This document shows positions 13,290 to 25,692 of a stretch of 64,000 bases of DNA, piece by piece. Positions within the stretch are counted from its first letter, which is position 1. Each line of letters opens with the position of its first letter. The notes beneath the pieces were generated by a model, which worked only from the letters and a program-made list of their open reading frames with translations, did no database searches and was not told the origin of the DNA. The translations under genes were made by a program, and so were the position numbers. The stretch lies in assembly GCF_963921235.1 (NCBI RefSeq), contig NC_086109.1:19470001-19534000 (forward strand). The letters run 5' to 3'. The DNA is from Mobula hypostoma. Lineage: Eukaryota.

Positions 13290-13760
13290 AGGTCAAAGTC
13301 AAAGTTGGGTTTATTGTTGTACACACAAGTACATAAGCAGAGTTGCAATGAAAACCTTTTCTGTAGCAGAATCGCAGGCATATTACATCATATAAGCAGC
13401 ATTCACAAGAAAAACAAAAATTATACTTAAATTATACCTAATTTTTGCAAGAAAGAACACAATTAGATCAGAAAAGGTTAATTTTAATGGAAATTAGTCA
13501 CAGTGTTGCTAAACTTTGGTGACTATGGTTATGCCTGCTGGTTCAAGAGTTGATGTTGAAGGGGAGTAGCTATTCTTGAACCTGGTGGTGGGACTTCCTG
13601 ATGGTAGCAACAAGAAGATGGCATGGCCCAGATGGTGAGGATATTTGATGATGGACGTTGCTTTCTTGAGACACCGCCTCACATAAATATTACCAATGGG
13701 GAGGGATTATTGGGTTGAATCCCTGACTATCCGCAGGTTTTACATTCCTGTGCTTTCAAT
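13290..13760 (-). mobile_element. Rex1-type LINE 3' fragment
   Basis: (tcaaag)n tail; gaaggggagtagctattcttgaacctgg is the antisense of RFKNSYSP. Confidence 0.6.
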
Positions 13761-14479
13761 TTGCAGAGCCATCTGCATTTGAATTGCCTTGAATTGCTGA
13801 GGGCTACAATGAACCACAGTGCAACTTTGTGGGGAAGGACAACAGTCTAGGAACCTGTCATCACGGGCCACTGTTGAGCTGGGTCCTATGATACAGCCAC
13901 ACCAGCATTTGATGGGTGTATTTTTTGAGGACCAAACACAAAAGATAATGCACTGATTATAGTTCCTGTATATATTACAAATAAAGTATATCAGAAGTAT
14001 AAAATAAATCCCTGTAATACTTGGCCGACGTCACAAGCACACAGACCTGAGGATTGTCGGCCCGTGGTTAACAACATGCACTAATGAGTGATCCACGCTC
14101 CAGAGCATCGGGATATTGGAACAATCATAAACAGGATTATCTGTGTGTGTTACTGTGGTACTTTGAGGTGTCGCGATGTCAGAGGCAACGAAGCAGATTT
14201 AAACATCACAGGATCCTATGCATAAGATTTAGATGAAAGACATTAGAAAGACCCAAAATCAAAAAAAAACTGCAAATGTTCACCATCCGAGATAGAAGCA
14301 GAAAATGCTGGCAATACTCAAAAGGGCAGTCAGTAAACGAGAGAAATAAGTTCATATTTCAGGTTGATGAAGATCTGGCTCTCACCTTTCCACCTCAGAA
14401 AAACGTTAGTTCCATTGCTCTCTGCTACATGTTGAACAGCTAATTGAAAATATAGAGCATTCTCACTTTTATTTCCATT

Positions 14480-14745
14480 CTAGCGATATCGTGAAGGGAT
14501 AAGGCAGGCTCAACATTCTTCCTCGAAGCAATGCCATGGGACATTTAATCGGTACCAAAGAAGACAGATGGTATAGCATATTATCCACAAGACAATGTCT
14601 CCAATAGTGCATTGCTTATTCACTGCTACACTGAAGTGTCAAAATAGATCCACAGATAATGTATTGACGTCACTGGTGTGGGAATCCAGCATACAGCCTA
14701 CTGATTCGGAGCATAGAGGAGTCACCACTGAGGCAACACAGCTGA
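14480..14745 (-). mobile_element. Ancient SINE fragment (Deu-domain/SacSINE1-like)
   Basis: Degenerate match, from recall, to shark DeuSINE (aatgccatgggac..cactgctacactgaagtgtc); similar fragments at 29180-29430, 29730-29815 and 58670-58830. Confidence 0.4.
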
Positions 14746-15009
14746 TACCTAGGGTCCAACCCTATTCCAAACAGCTTCCCACAGGAGCAAGGAGCTACTC
14801 GCCAGGAACTGAGTATCTTTTCCTTCTATTAAACCAAGGATGAAGGGACTATGCATTTGGCTTTAGCAGAATGTAGGGTGGAACTAAATAACTTAGCTGA
14901 AGGTGGGCTTTGAACATTCTTATCTACTTAACAGAGACCATTCTTTCATATTTCTACTAGGCTTCCGTCTAACTAGGAATCTTTTCCCTGAACCCTGTCA
15001 TCTAAACCT

Positions 15010-15815
15010 TATCAGGGACCTCCACCACACAGGCCATGCTCTCTTCTCACTGCTGCCTTCAGGAGGAAGGTATAGGAGCCTTAGTATTCACACTGCCAGG
15101 TTCAGGAACAGTTACTACCCCTCAACCATCAAACTTCATTTGCTTCATCACTGAACTGTTCCCACAACCAATGGACTCACTTTTAAGGACTATTCATCTC
15201 ATTTCTCAATATTTACTGCTTATTTATTTATTATTATTATTTCTTTTTTTTCTTTTGTATTTGCAGTTTGTTGTCTTTTACGCATTGGTTGTTACTCTGC
15301 CCTGTTGGGTGTGGTCTTTCATTGATTCTATTATGATTCCTGGATTTACTGAGTATGCCTGCAAGAAAATGAATCTCAGTGTTCTATATGGTGACATATA
15401 CTTATACTTCATACCTTATTGACGCCAAACAATTGGTACTAGAACGTACAATCATCACAGTGATATTTGATTCTGCGCTTCCCGCTCCCTGGATTACAAA
15501 TATTAATTATTAAAAATAGTAAAAATTAGTAAATATTAAAAATTTAAATTATACATCATAAATAGAAAAATGGAAAGTAAGGCAGTGCAAAAAAGCCGAG
15601 AGGCAGGTCCGGATATTTGGAGGGTACGGCCCAGATCCGGGTCAAGATCCGTTCAGCAGTCTTATCACAGTTGGAAAGAAGCTGTTCCCAAATCTGGCCG
15701 TACGAGTCTTCAAGCTCCTGAGCCTTCTCCTGGAGGGAAGAAGGACGAAAAGTGTGTTGGCTGGGTGGGTCGTGTCCTATGTACTTTGATAATAAACTTC
15801 CTCAACCTTTGAACT
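15010..15815 (+). mobile_element. Rex1-type LINE 3' end interrupted by an opposite-strand Rex1-type fragment (about 15405-15778)
   Basis: HHTGHALFSLLPSGGRYRSL..RFRNSYYP; the UTR ggtgacatatac resumes at tactttgataataaa (15782); the inner piece has antisense DSFFPTVIRLLN. Confidence 0.75.
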
Positions 15816-16780
15816 TACCTCTATAATTTCCTCCTGTCCACCAATCCTCAATAGTCTGTATTTCTCCAATTCTAACCTTATGCCCATTACCAGTTTCCAC
15901 TGGTCTGTGTTGTTGGGTGTTCCTTAGTTGCCAAGACCTCAAGTTCTTGAATTTCCTACCTAAACTTATTCCCATTCTTTCTACTGCCCTGACTTCAGAT
16001 TCAGATGTATTTATCTCATGTACATAGAAACTTACAGTGAAATGTGTCAGTTGTGCTAACGACAAGCACAACCAAGGATGCGCTGGGGGTAGCCCGCAAA
16101 TATCGCCGCACATTCCAGTACCAACATTGCATGCCCACAAAGTTCAGCAGAGAAATACAAACAGCAACAACAACAGAACAAAAGGCAAAAGGTAAACAAG
16201 CCACTTTTTCAACACAGACAGGCCTTCCGCTCCAGGACAGATCACCTAGAGGCCACCAGTCCTTAACCCTTGACTCTCAGACTCTCACTAAGCCTATTGT
16301 CCAACTCTCTTAGAATTTCCACATATGGCTAACATAATTTTCTTATTGGTATCCAGTTCAGCTGTGATCGTGCATTACTTAAGTGGCGTTCTACGACTGA
16401 CTAAGGCCGGGATAATGATAGCACACAGTGATGAGGGTAAAGCGTAAAGTGCGAGGACAAAGCTCAGGCAGATTGTGCACGTCATCGTGCTGAGATCAGA
16501 TTGCAGCTTTGCTTCACTGTCACCATCCATAATCTTACAGACCATGTGTTGTAGTGAACAAAAAAAAACATTGGTAATAATGGTTAAAAATAGAGCTGAG
16601 ATGACATTGATTAAAGACCCCAAGGCTATTAAAGTGTCCTCGCTGCAAAATGAGATTCAGATGAGTCACAAGAGAGTGTAATAAAGGAATTATTTTTGCA
16701 GGAACTTACTTCTCCATCTCTTCGGCATCTCCCAATCCCACCCCACCCCACCCCACAAGTACATCACCCACTTCCTAATG

Positions 16781-16860
16781 TTGGGGTTCCCAACCTGGGG
16801 TTCATGGACCCCTTGCTTAATGGTATTGGTCGATGGCATAAAAAAGTTTGGGGACCTCTG
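16781..16860 (-). mobile_element. 80-bp hAT-type MITE, copy 2
   Basis: TIRs ggggttcccaacct / agtttggggacctctg; perfect 8-bp TSD tcctaatg at 16773-16780 and 16861-16868. Confidence 0.85.
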
Positions 16861-17364
16861 TCCTAATGTAAAGACTATGGTTTTTGGCTGAGGTAAAAGC
16901 TCATCCTTTCTGATAGCAGCTGTTTGCCTTACAATGAGCCTGACCCAAGATGCAGGAGATAGATTCTCCACTATCGCACTCGTGAATGTACGGATCACTC
17001 TTCACCTCATCACTCGTTCCTCATTGTCCAGTCTCTGGTTGTTGCTGGGAAAGAAATTTCTCGTTCAAGCATCACAGTTTGTTAAACAGTAATTCATCTG
17101 CTGGGAATTATTGATTTGGTGGTTTGGGATGACCTGACATTGGGATCAGCATAATAAGATATTTCCCTTCCATTCATTAGATATCCTATAATCAACTCAA
17201 AATATTCACAAAACTTATTTCCTCAGAGAGTAGACCACCTAACATCTGGATTATTAATTCTATTCCATGATACACTAAATATCGGCCTTGTAAGTGTGCA
17301 CCTCATCCAGGTGAAGGAAACAGCATTTCAGGAAAAGCTGGTAAATGAAACTGAGGAAGAAATA

Positions 17365-17983
17365 CACTCAATAGCCTCATGTACCTAATAAAGTAACCAC
17401 TGAGTGTGTGTTTGTGGTCCTCTGCTGTTGTAGGCTAACAAGTTGAGCATTCAAAGATGCTCTCCTGCACACCTCTCATGTATATGTGGTCATTTGAGTT
17501 ACTGTTGCCTCCCTGTCAGCTTGAACCAGTCTGGCCATTCTCCCCTGACCTCTCTCATTAACGAAGCACCTTACCACAGAACTGCCACTCACTGGATTTT
17601 TTTTTTGTAATTCACACCATTCGCTGTAACCTCTCAAGCAAGGGTTCCCAACTTTCTTTATGCCTTGAACCAATACCATTAAGCAAGGGGTCCTTCGACC
17701 CCAGGTTAGAAACCCCTGCTCCAGAGACTGTTTTGTATGAAAATCCCAGAAGAAGCTTCCGTGATACTCAATCCACCTTGTCTGGCACCAACTATCACTC
17801 CACTGACAAAATCACTTAGATCACATTTCTTCCCCATTCTGATGTTTGGTCTGAACAACAACTGAACCTCTTGACCATGACGCATACTTTTGCGCATTGA
17901 GTTGCTGCCACATGATTGGCTGAGTAGATATTTGCATGAACAAGTAGGTGTACAGGTGTCCCTAATAAAGTGGCCACAGAATG
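17365..17983 (-). mobile_element. Internally deleted Tc1-like transposon (N-terminal DNA-binding part only)
   Basis: TA flanks; TIR cactcagtggccactttattaggtac; MGKKCDLSDF..GVIVGARQGGLSI and ERGQGRMARLVQADREATVTQMT; no DDE domain. Confidence 0.85.
17639..17718 (+). mobile_element. 80-bp hAT-type MITE, copy 3, nested in Tc1
   Basis: TIRs caagggttcccaact / aggttagaaacccctg; diverged TSD ctctcaag / ctccagag at a site that reads ctctagag in the Tc1 copy at 40563. Confidence 0.85.
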
Positions 17984-18249
17984 TAAACTTACCATGATTT
18001 GATAGAAATGATGAAAATCTGTGTGCAACATAAAGTTTAGCATTCTTTATTTAGATCATATTGTAAGTTTCTGTGCTGTAATTCCTTTGTAAGTGTATGA
18101 AGGCCCTTCCTGGAATAATTTCCCTCTTGGCACTGGGGCAGAATCCCATGCTGTAATTACCCTCTACCACCATCAAGTAAATTTTTCCCCAGCATGGAAA
18201 TAACTCACAGGGAACAGTAGCTCAGCTAGGTGAGACCCTGCCTCCCAGT

Positions 18250-18455
18250 GTCAGAGGCTAGCTTCAGTTAAGTCCTTCGGTGTTGTCTGTATGGAGTTTG
18301 TGATTGTGTGGGCTCCCTCCAAGTGCACTGGTTTCCTCCAACATCCCACAGATGAGAGGGTTTGTATGTTAGTTGGCCACCAGAAATTTTCACCTGGTTT
18401 GTAGAAGGGAGGTGGAATCTGGGGGGAAGTTGACGAGAACATGAGGAGAATAAAT
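18250..18455 (+). mobile_element. HE1-like V-SINE fragment
   Basis: tgtatggagtttg..gtgcactggtttcctccaacatcccacaga V-domain motif. Confidence 0.6.
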
Positions 18456-18486
18456 CATAGGTTTAGATTAGATTAGATCCAACTTT

Positions 18487-19266
18487 AACACGAGGAATTC
18501 TGCAGATGCTGGAAATTCAAGCAACACACATAAAAGTTGCTGGTGAATGCAGCAGGCCAGGCAGCATCTCTAGGAAGAGGTGCAGTCGACGTTTTGGGCC
18601 GAGACCCTTCGTCAGGACTAACTGAAATAAGAGCTGGTAAGAGATTTGAAAGTGGGAGAGGGAGGGGGAGATCCGAAATGATAGGAGAAGACAGAGGGGG
18701 GAGGGATGGAGCCAAGAGCTGGACAGGTGATTGGCAAAAGGGATATGAGAGGATCATGGGAGAGGAGGCCCAGGGAGAAGGAAGAGGGGGAGGGGGGGAA
18801 ACCCAGAGGAAAGGGGTATAGTGAGAGGGACAGAGGGAGAAAAGGGAGAGAGAGAGAGAAAGAATGTGTGTATGTAAATAAATAACGGATAGGGTACAAG
18901 GGGGAGGTGGGGCATTAGCGGAAGTTTGAGAAGTCAATGTTCATGCCATCAGGTTGGAGGCTACCCAGACGGAATATAAGGTGTTGTTCCTCCAACCTGA
19001 GTGTGGCTTCATCTTTACAGTAGAGGAGGCCATGGATAGACATATCAGAATGGGAATGGGAGGTGGAATTAAAATGTGTGGCCACTGGGAGATCCTGCTT
19101 TCTCTGGCAGACAGAGCATAGGTGTTCAGCAAAACGATCTCCCAGTCTGCGTCAGGTCTTGCCAATATATAGAAGGCCACATCGGGAGCACCGGATGCAG
19201 TATATCACCCCAGCCGACTCACAGGTGAAGTGTCGCCTCACCTGAAAGGACTGTCTGGGGCCCTGA
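18487..19266 (-). mobile_element. Young PLE 3' fragment: GIY-YIG endonuclease end plus terminal repeat
   Basis: FTCESAGVIYCIRCSRCGLLYIGKT* (premature stop); close match to 55240-56020. Confidence 0.9.
18584..18624 (-). ncRNA. Hammerhead ribozyme motif in PLE terminal repeat, core mutated (GAAA to AAAA)
   Basis: Minus strand: cagttAGTC CTGACGA A GGG tctcgg CCC aAAAC GTC GACTg. Confidence 0.65.
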
Positions 19267-20230
19267 TTCAACTTTATTGTCATTGTGCCGAGTACAGGTA
19301 CAAAGCCAATGAAGTGAAAATAGCATCTAACTAGAAGATGCAAAAAAAGAGTATTATTTACAAAATAACTGCGAATAAAAAGTAAGTGCTACAGCACACA
19401 AATCTAAAAGTACTGAGACAGTCCAATATGGGTGCAATACTGCTTAGCGCTGTGATGTGAGGTTCAGCAGTGTCACAGCTTCAGGGAAGAAGCTCTTCCT
19501 GAGCCTGCTGGTGCGGGAGCGGAGGCTCCTGTAGCGCCTGCCAGATGGGAGGAGAGTAAAAAGTCCATGGTTAGGGTGAGATGCATCCTTGATAATGCTT
19601 TTCGCCCTGCCCAGGCAGCGTTTATGGTAGATGTTCTCAATGGTGGGCAATTGGGTGCCAATAATCCGCTGGGCAGTTTTCACCACCCGCTGGAGTGCTT
19701 TGCAGTCCGATAGGGGACAATTACCATACCACACTGAGATACAGTTGGTGATTATGCTCTCAATGGTACAGTGGTAAAAGTCCGTCAGTATCTTACAACA
19801 GAGGTGAGCTTCCTTGATGCTGTGCAGGAAATAAAGGCACTGTTGTGCCTTTTTGATCAAGATGGAGGAGTTCAGGGACCAGGTGAGATCCTTGGAAATG
19901 TGGACACCAAGGAATTTGAAGCTTGACACACGCTCCACTACAGCTCCGTTGATGTAGATGGGGATGTGAGTGGGGCTCCTAGCATGCCTGAAGTCCACAA
20001 TGATCTCCTTGGTCTTCTGGGTGTTAAGGGCCAGGTTGTTATCAGCACACCACATGGCCAGGTGCTGGACCTCGTCTCTGTAGGCCGTCTCGTCATCCCC
20101 TCTGATCAGGCCAACCACCGTGGTGTCATCTGCGAACTTGATTATGGAATTAGAACCGTGTACAGGAACGCAGTCATAGGTGAAAAGGGTGTACAGAAGA
20201 GGGCTCAGCACACAACCTTGAGGCACGCCT
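19267..20230 (-). mobile_element. Rex1/Babar-type LINE, 5'-truncated, with an uninterrupted 260-codon RT C-terminal ORF
   Basis: ORF 19444-20226 PQGCVLSPLLY..IIKFADDTTVVGLI..FKFLGVHI..SGRRYRSL..SFFP; 3' UTR ends acaataaagttgaatc. Confidence 0.93.
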
Positions 20231-20249
20231 CAAAATAGGACTAATATAA

Positions 20250-20610
20250 ATGGTCTCTCTCCCTCGATGCTGTCGGAGGATGGTGCCACAGTTCTGGGTC
20301 TTGGGCAAGGTTTAATCGACGTTATTTTGGGCAACGTTGAATCTGGGCAGCCAGCAGATAATGAACACTGACCTGAACTGAACATGCCTGGACCCTTTCG
20401 GTTTTGTGTTTTACATTCTGTGTTTTCTCGCTCATTTCTTTTGTTGCTGGTTGCGAGAACTGTTTTTATGCATGTGGGGGAGGGGGGCGGTTGATGTTTT
20501 TTTTTGAATGGGTTCCATGGTTTTCTTTGTTTCATGTCTGTCTGCAGGGAAGGTGAATCAGGGTTGTATACTGCATACATACATTTATTATAAAATCTTA
20601 TTTGAATTTT
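20250..20610 (+). mobile_element. Non-autonomous Rex1-related repeat (3' UTR-like)
   Basis: gggttccatggttttctttgtttc..gggttgtatactgcatac..ataaa; related copies at 25690-25815 and 61085-61280 (minus). Confidence 0.55.
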
Positions 20611-20619
20611 ATTTCCCAC

Positions 20620-20935
20620 TCTGACTTTCTACTTCTCGCTTCCCTATAATTCACCCCCCACCCCCCCACTCCTTCCCTTCCTCCTATCATCCACACTTCG
20701 CTCCTATCAGATCTCTTCTTCTCCAGCCCTTGACCTTTCACACCCACCTGACTTCACCTATCACTTTCTAGCTAGCCTCTTTTCACTCCCTCCCCCCACC
20801 ATTTTATTGCAGCATCATCATCCCCCTCCCTTCTCAATCCTGAAGAAGGGTCTTGGCCCGAAACATCCACTGTTCATCTCCATAGATGCAGCCTGACCTG
20901 CCGAGTTCCCGCCAGCATTTTGTGTGTTTCGCTTT
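20620..20935 (+). mobile_element. Older PLE terminal repeat
   Basis: Pyrimidine-rich body, then cctgaagaagggtcttggcccgaaacatc and catagatgcagcctgacctgccgagttcccgccagcattttgtgtg. Confidence 0.8.
20835..20872 (+). ncRNA. Hammerhead motif with intact catalytic core but decayed stem I
   Basis: caatc CTGAAGA A GGG tcttgg CCC GAAAC ATC cactg. Confidence 0.6.
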
Positions 20936-23084
20936 GAATCTTTGGATGATTGTTGATGTGGACCTGTTGGGTTGAAGGTCTTGCTTCTGTGCTGCACCTC
21001 TATGACTCTCGGAATAATACAGTATCAAGTTCAATTCAATGATAAAACATTCTCTGCTCTTCTGCCGCTGACTTGCCCCTGAGAAGGACCTACCCCGGAC
21101 TGGATTGATGTTTTGACAGGGCACTGTGGGGAGTAAATGAGCTATTGTATTAACATTTAGTGTTGATTATTTGGAGTCTTCGGCAAATAGGCTTGAGCCT
21201 CATTTGTTTGTTCTTTTAGCTTAAATGACTTGAATTAAACTGTGTGTCAGACACCAGGGATAAAGTTCTCCCTGTCAGAGTGTAACGAGACCTTGGTGCA
21301 TTGCTCAGACAATCTTGTCTACGGCTCCCAGTAGGCTCTGACATACAGCTCTAAACTGGCCTCAAAGGTAGCACTAATTGGCATTGCTTCAGTGATGCTG
21401 AGACAGGAGATGAAAGGTACGGCGAATATTTCTGCCACAAGCAACAGTCCCCTAAGGATGCTGGAGAGTTCGTTAAAGGCATATTCGCAGAGCAAAGCTG
21501 AGCACATTCATCAAATCACCCTGACCTCTCCATAATATCGCTCGATTGAAACAAAGATGACAAATTCCTAACTGTCTGTTCCACTGGTGCTTCACACATG
21601 CTTTCATATAAAATGCAATGTGAACACTGTCCAATATGAGGAATGAAAGAGTTTCTGTTTTCCAGGCCCTCTCCAGTGACCCCAACGTGCTCTCATTTAT
21701 TGATGCGATGGGAATATTTTTTCCATATTTTTTGTTTTATGCTCCTATTTCCCTCTTACCCACAGGGGGCTTTTGTTCAGATTGCCTCTGGACAGACAGG
21801 TACCCTGGGATCAATAAGCACAGGTTCTCTCAGTGATGTAGAGCCCTTTGTTTGGTGCGATGCAAATGTGAATGATCAGCTACTTCAATTATAACCAGTA
21901 ACAGTAAAATATATGGCACTGCTGTTTGTTACCCAGTGGGACTGGATTGAATCTTTCAAAACTTTAGACTGAGGAGTGATGGCAGTAGTGAGAACTTGGA
22001 ACGAATAAGACAGACGATCTTGAATTTATACCATGATTTTATGACCCTGGAGTGCCCCATAGCCCTCAACTGTAAAAAAGTTAATCTGTACCATAGTAAC
22101 TGTTAGAGCCTAGAGAACATGCATCAATGGGATAATGATCAGTTTATCTGGTTAGCTTTGTTGAGAGATGCCCCTCAGCCCGAGGACTCCTCTCCCATGT
22201 CTGGAAGTGCATAAGACTGCAGGTAATATCTACTTCCCCGCACAGATACTGCTTGACCTCCAGGTGCTTGTTTGCTGCTCCTCTCCCATATCTTGTGGAT
22301 CTTCCAAGCTTACAAGGAACTGGGTTAGAAATTTATCTGTAAAGAAAACTAGATGACTGCAGAGCGCCATCTACCCCAGCTGCTCGCCAATCAACGTTGA
22401 GTTCCACTGAAGTCGGTGCAACCAAATGTCAAGAGGTGAATAAGCTCAATGGAAAATGCTCTGCCGTCCGCTTACCACGGACAGCCAAAGCGCTTGGCTT
22501 CTCTGACTACAGAGCAACCTGTCAGAACTGACCAATGCTCAAATCTCAGGGGCATAACCTGAAACCTTCTAATGCCTTCTAATTCAGTGATCAGAAGGTA
22601 GCCCAGCCATTTGTGTAGACCACTATTAGCCAACTACTTGACAGTGCTTAATTAATCCACAGGTCCAGGTCCTCATGACCAACCTCAGTATAGCATCATA
22701 ATAGCGAACTCACTGGCTTACACTGTACTACTGCTGATAAACATCAGATTTCACAGCCTCCAGTATGAATGTGACAATAAGCCTGATTCTGATTCTAATT
22801 TATGCTTCAAACTGCATGAACGCTTTCCATCACATTACTGGAGCCCGACGGTGGATAATATCACTTTGTCTCTGAAGCTATGGTTCTTTTAACATTACAG
22901 CAGGTGCTTTGTGCTCTTCCAGCTCTCCATCCACGGGTTCAGACCGATAAAGGGGAATTTTATGGCTAAAAACTTGCAGCTGTGAGTAGTCTGGATAGAT
23001 TTTAGGACAGAGGTGACTGAGGGCAGGCCTCATTGGCATGTATAACGTGATGAAGGACTTAGAGGAAGTAAATAAGAGGGATTT

Positions 23085-23695
23085 ATTTCTGTCTGCAACA
23101 AGCAGAATTTCCCAGTGGCCAACCATTTGAATTCCAATCCCATTACCATTCCAACATGTTGGTCCGTGGCTTTTGCTAGTGCCACGGTGGCGTCCCCCTC
23201 CGGTTGGAAGAGTAACTTCATATTTCATCTAGACATCCTCCAACCTGATGGCATGAACACTGATTTCTCTCATATCTAGTATTTTCCCCTCCCCCTTCTC
23301 TCTCTTCCATTCCCCCTCTGGCTCCATTTTCACCTTTCCTCTGCTCACCTGCCTGTTACCTCCACCTGGTCCTCCTCCTCCTTCCCTTTCTCCCATTGTC
23401 CACTCTCCACTCCTATCTAATTCCTCCTTCTTCAGCCCTTTAACTTTTCCACCTATCGCCTCCCAGTTTCATTTCCCCCTCTCCCACCCACCTACCTTCC
23501 CCCTCATCTTGCTTCATGCAACATCTTCTAGTTTATGATCCCTCCCTGCTCCAACCTTCTTATTCTGGTTTCTTTTCCCTTCCTTTTCCGTCCCAATGAA
23601 GGGTCTCAGCCTGAAACATCAACTGTTTATTTCTTTCCACAGATGCTGTCTGATCTGCTGAGACCCTCCAGTATTTTGTACGTGTTACTAGGGAT
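23085..23695 (+). mobile_element. Older PLE 3' fragment (GIY-YIG tail plus terminal repeat)
   Basis: ttcccagtggccaaccattt..ctccaacctgatggcatgaacactgatttctct (PVANHF..LQPDGMN); degenerate hammerhead at about 23590-23625. Confidence 0.8.
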
Positions 23696-24054
23696 TTATT
23701 TCTGTTAGCAGAGGGATCCAAAGCTAGCAAGTGCTGATGAAATGATTTATTTGAAGGATTAGAGAGAGGACGAGGGAAATCCCTTTCACCAAAACTTGGA
23801 GCAAGAAACAAGCTTCTGGAGAAACTCAGTGGGTTAGCATACTCCAGATGAATGGTCTCAATCTGAAACATTAACTGTACATTTCTTTCCGCAGTTGCTG
23901 CCTAACTCACTGGGTTTCTCCAGTAAACTTGTTCTTTGCTCCAGATAGCAACATATTCAGACTCCTGTGTCACCCAAAGCTTGGCAGGGATTTAGAACTA
24001 AGTACAGGAGAAGGCAGTGGAAACAGAAATCCTCCTTACCTTTACTGTGCACAC

Positions 24055-24180
24055 GAGATTCCCTCACAAGAAAAAACCTGCAGATGCTGGAAATCAAAGT
24101 AATACACACAAAATACTGGAGAAACTCAGCAGGCCAGGCAGCATCTATAGAAAAGAGTAAACAGTCAACGTTTTGGGCCA
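24055..24180 (-). mobile_element. PLE terminal remnant
   Basis: ctgcagatgctggaaatcaaag..actcagcaggccaggcagcatctat..cagtcaacgttttgggcc. Confidence 0.75.
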
Positions 24181-24425
24181 TGTTGAACAGCAGGAAGTCG
24201 GGAAGTCCCATCTGAAACTCAAAGTTATAATGACACACCTGAAGCTGGATGGCTGGCAGGTGTTGCAGGAGTTCTCTGGGAGACTTTGATCATGATTGCC
24301 TGAAGCCAGCTGGGGGGTTCTATACCAATCCAAAGTTTGCGTTCGCTGGTTTGGCCTTGTCCCCTATTATCCCATTGAGAGAGTTTCATTTAAAGGCATG
24401 TTCTGAATTTTTCTCTTCAACACCA

Positions 24426-24738
24426 TTATTATTAGGCATCCATTAGTCTCGTGAGACCATGGATTTGCGTTTTGGAAGGTTTCCAGGGCGCAGGCCTGGG
24501 CAAGGTTGTATGGAAGACCAGCAGTTGCTCATGCTGCAAGTCTCCCCTCTCCACGACACCAGTGTTGTCCAAGGGAAGGGCACTAGGGCCGATACAGCTT
24601 GGCACCAGTGTCGTCGCAGAGCACTGTGTGGTTAAGTGCCTTGCTCAAGGACACAACACGTTGCCCCAGCTGAGGCTCGAACTAGCGACCTTCAGATCAC
24701 TAGACCAACGCCTTAACCACTTGGCCATGAGCCAACAC
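24426..24738 (-). mobile_element. tRNA-derived CORE-SINE, tail type A
   Basis: A box TGGCCAAGTGG, B box GTTCGAGCC, CORE-like gtgtccttgagcaaggcacttaacc, (taa)n tail; TSD tcaacacca at 24417-24425 and 24739-24747. Confidence 0.85.
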
Positions 24739-24765
24739 TCAACACCAGTACCTATCGTTTAATAA

Positions 24766-24915
24766 GGCCATAGACCATAAAACATAGGAGCAGAAATGAG
24801 GCCATTTGGCCCATTGAGTCTGCTCTGCCATTTCATCATTGCTGATCCATTTCCCTCTCAGCCCTAATTTCCTGCCTTCTCCCCATATCCCTTCATGCTC
24901 TGACTAAGCAAGAAA
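24766..24915 (-). mobile_element. CR1 3' tail
   Basis: accataaaacataggagcagaaatgaggccatttggcccattgagtctgctc. Confidence 0.75.
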
Positions 24916-24924
24916 TGTAGCACA

Positions 24925-25215
24925 AAATTCATGCTCCCCCTTCCCATCAGATAGAAGATTCAAAAGCCTGAAAGCAGATACTGGAGGCTCAAAGGCACTT
25001 TCTAACCCACTGTTAAAAGACTATTATATTGCCCCCAGTACGATAAGATGGACTCTTGACCTCTCAATCTCCCTCTGTCTGCACTGCACATTCTTTGTAA
25101 CACTTTATTCTGCATTTGATTAGTGTTTTCTCTTGTACTATCTCAATACACTGTTGTAATAAAATGATCTGTACAGATGGCATGCAAAATTTTTCACTTC
25201 AGCACATGTAAAAAT
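24925..25215 (+). mobile_element. Rex1-type LINE 3' end
   Basis: cttcccatcagatagaagattcaaaagcctg (LPS.RRFKSL) plus UTR; related copy at 42460-42785. Confidence 0.6.
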
Positions 25216-25642
25216 AATAGTCTAATTTACCAATTTAATGTTGGCCGAGCCGATTTAGAAACATTGAGTACAGCTGCAGCTATGGGACTGGCAGTGAGGT
25301 CTAGGCCCAGAGCGTATTGCTGCGGTGGCACCCCGGTCCTAGTGCAAGGGATGACAATTTAAACGGCAGCCCAGACGGACTAAAAAGGTAGCATGTCAGA
25401 ACCGGAGGCGAGGGTCAGGGTGACTCTGCTCACTCTTCCGAGACGCTTACTCCTCTCTCCGTGGCGCTGAGGCTGTGAGACTGCTCTGACTGCTCTGTAC
25501 TTCGTGTCTGCGAGTTTGGCAGCGATTAGCCCAACTGTGTGATGAACTGAGGCCTGGGCTATGGGCCTACTCTGGCTGCTCTGGCCTCAGGGTCTAGAGA
25601 CTCAATTTGGTTTAGAATGTTTGCTTTTATTGTTTGCATGAT

Positions 25643-25647
<5 letters not shown>

Positions 25648-25688
<41 letters not shown>
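25648..25688. repeat. (CT)n microsatellite, about 20 units
   Basis: Direct read. Confidence 0.97.

Positions 25689-25692
<4 letters not shown>

Noticed and set aside
18485..18937. 150-aa Pro/Ser/Leu-rich ORF, with similar ORFs at 55288 and 56409-56834
   Set aside because: Low-complexity readings of the PLE terminal repeat, with frames differing between copies
24640..24738. tRNA-like sequence, also at 33060-33130, 46410 and 51455
   Set aside because: SINE heads continuing into body, tail and TSD; no complete cloverleaf
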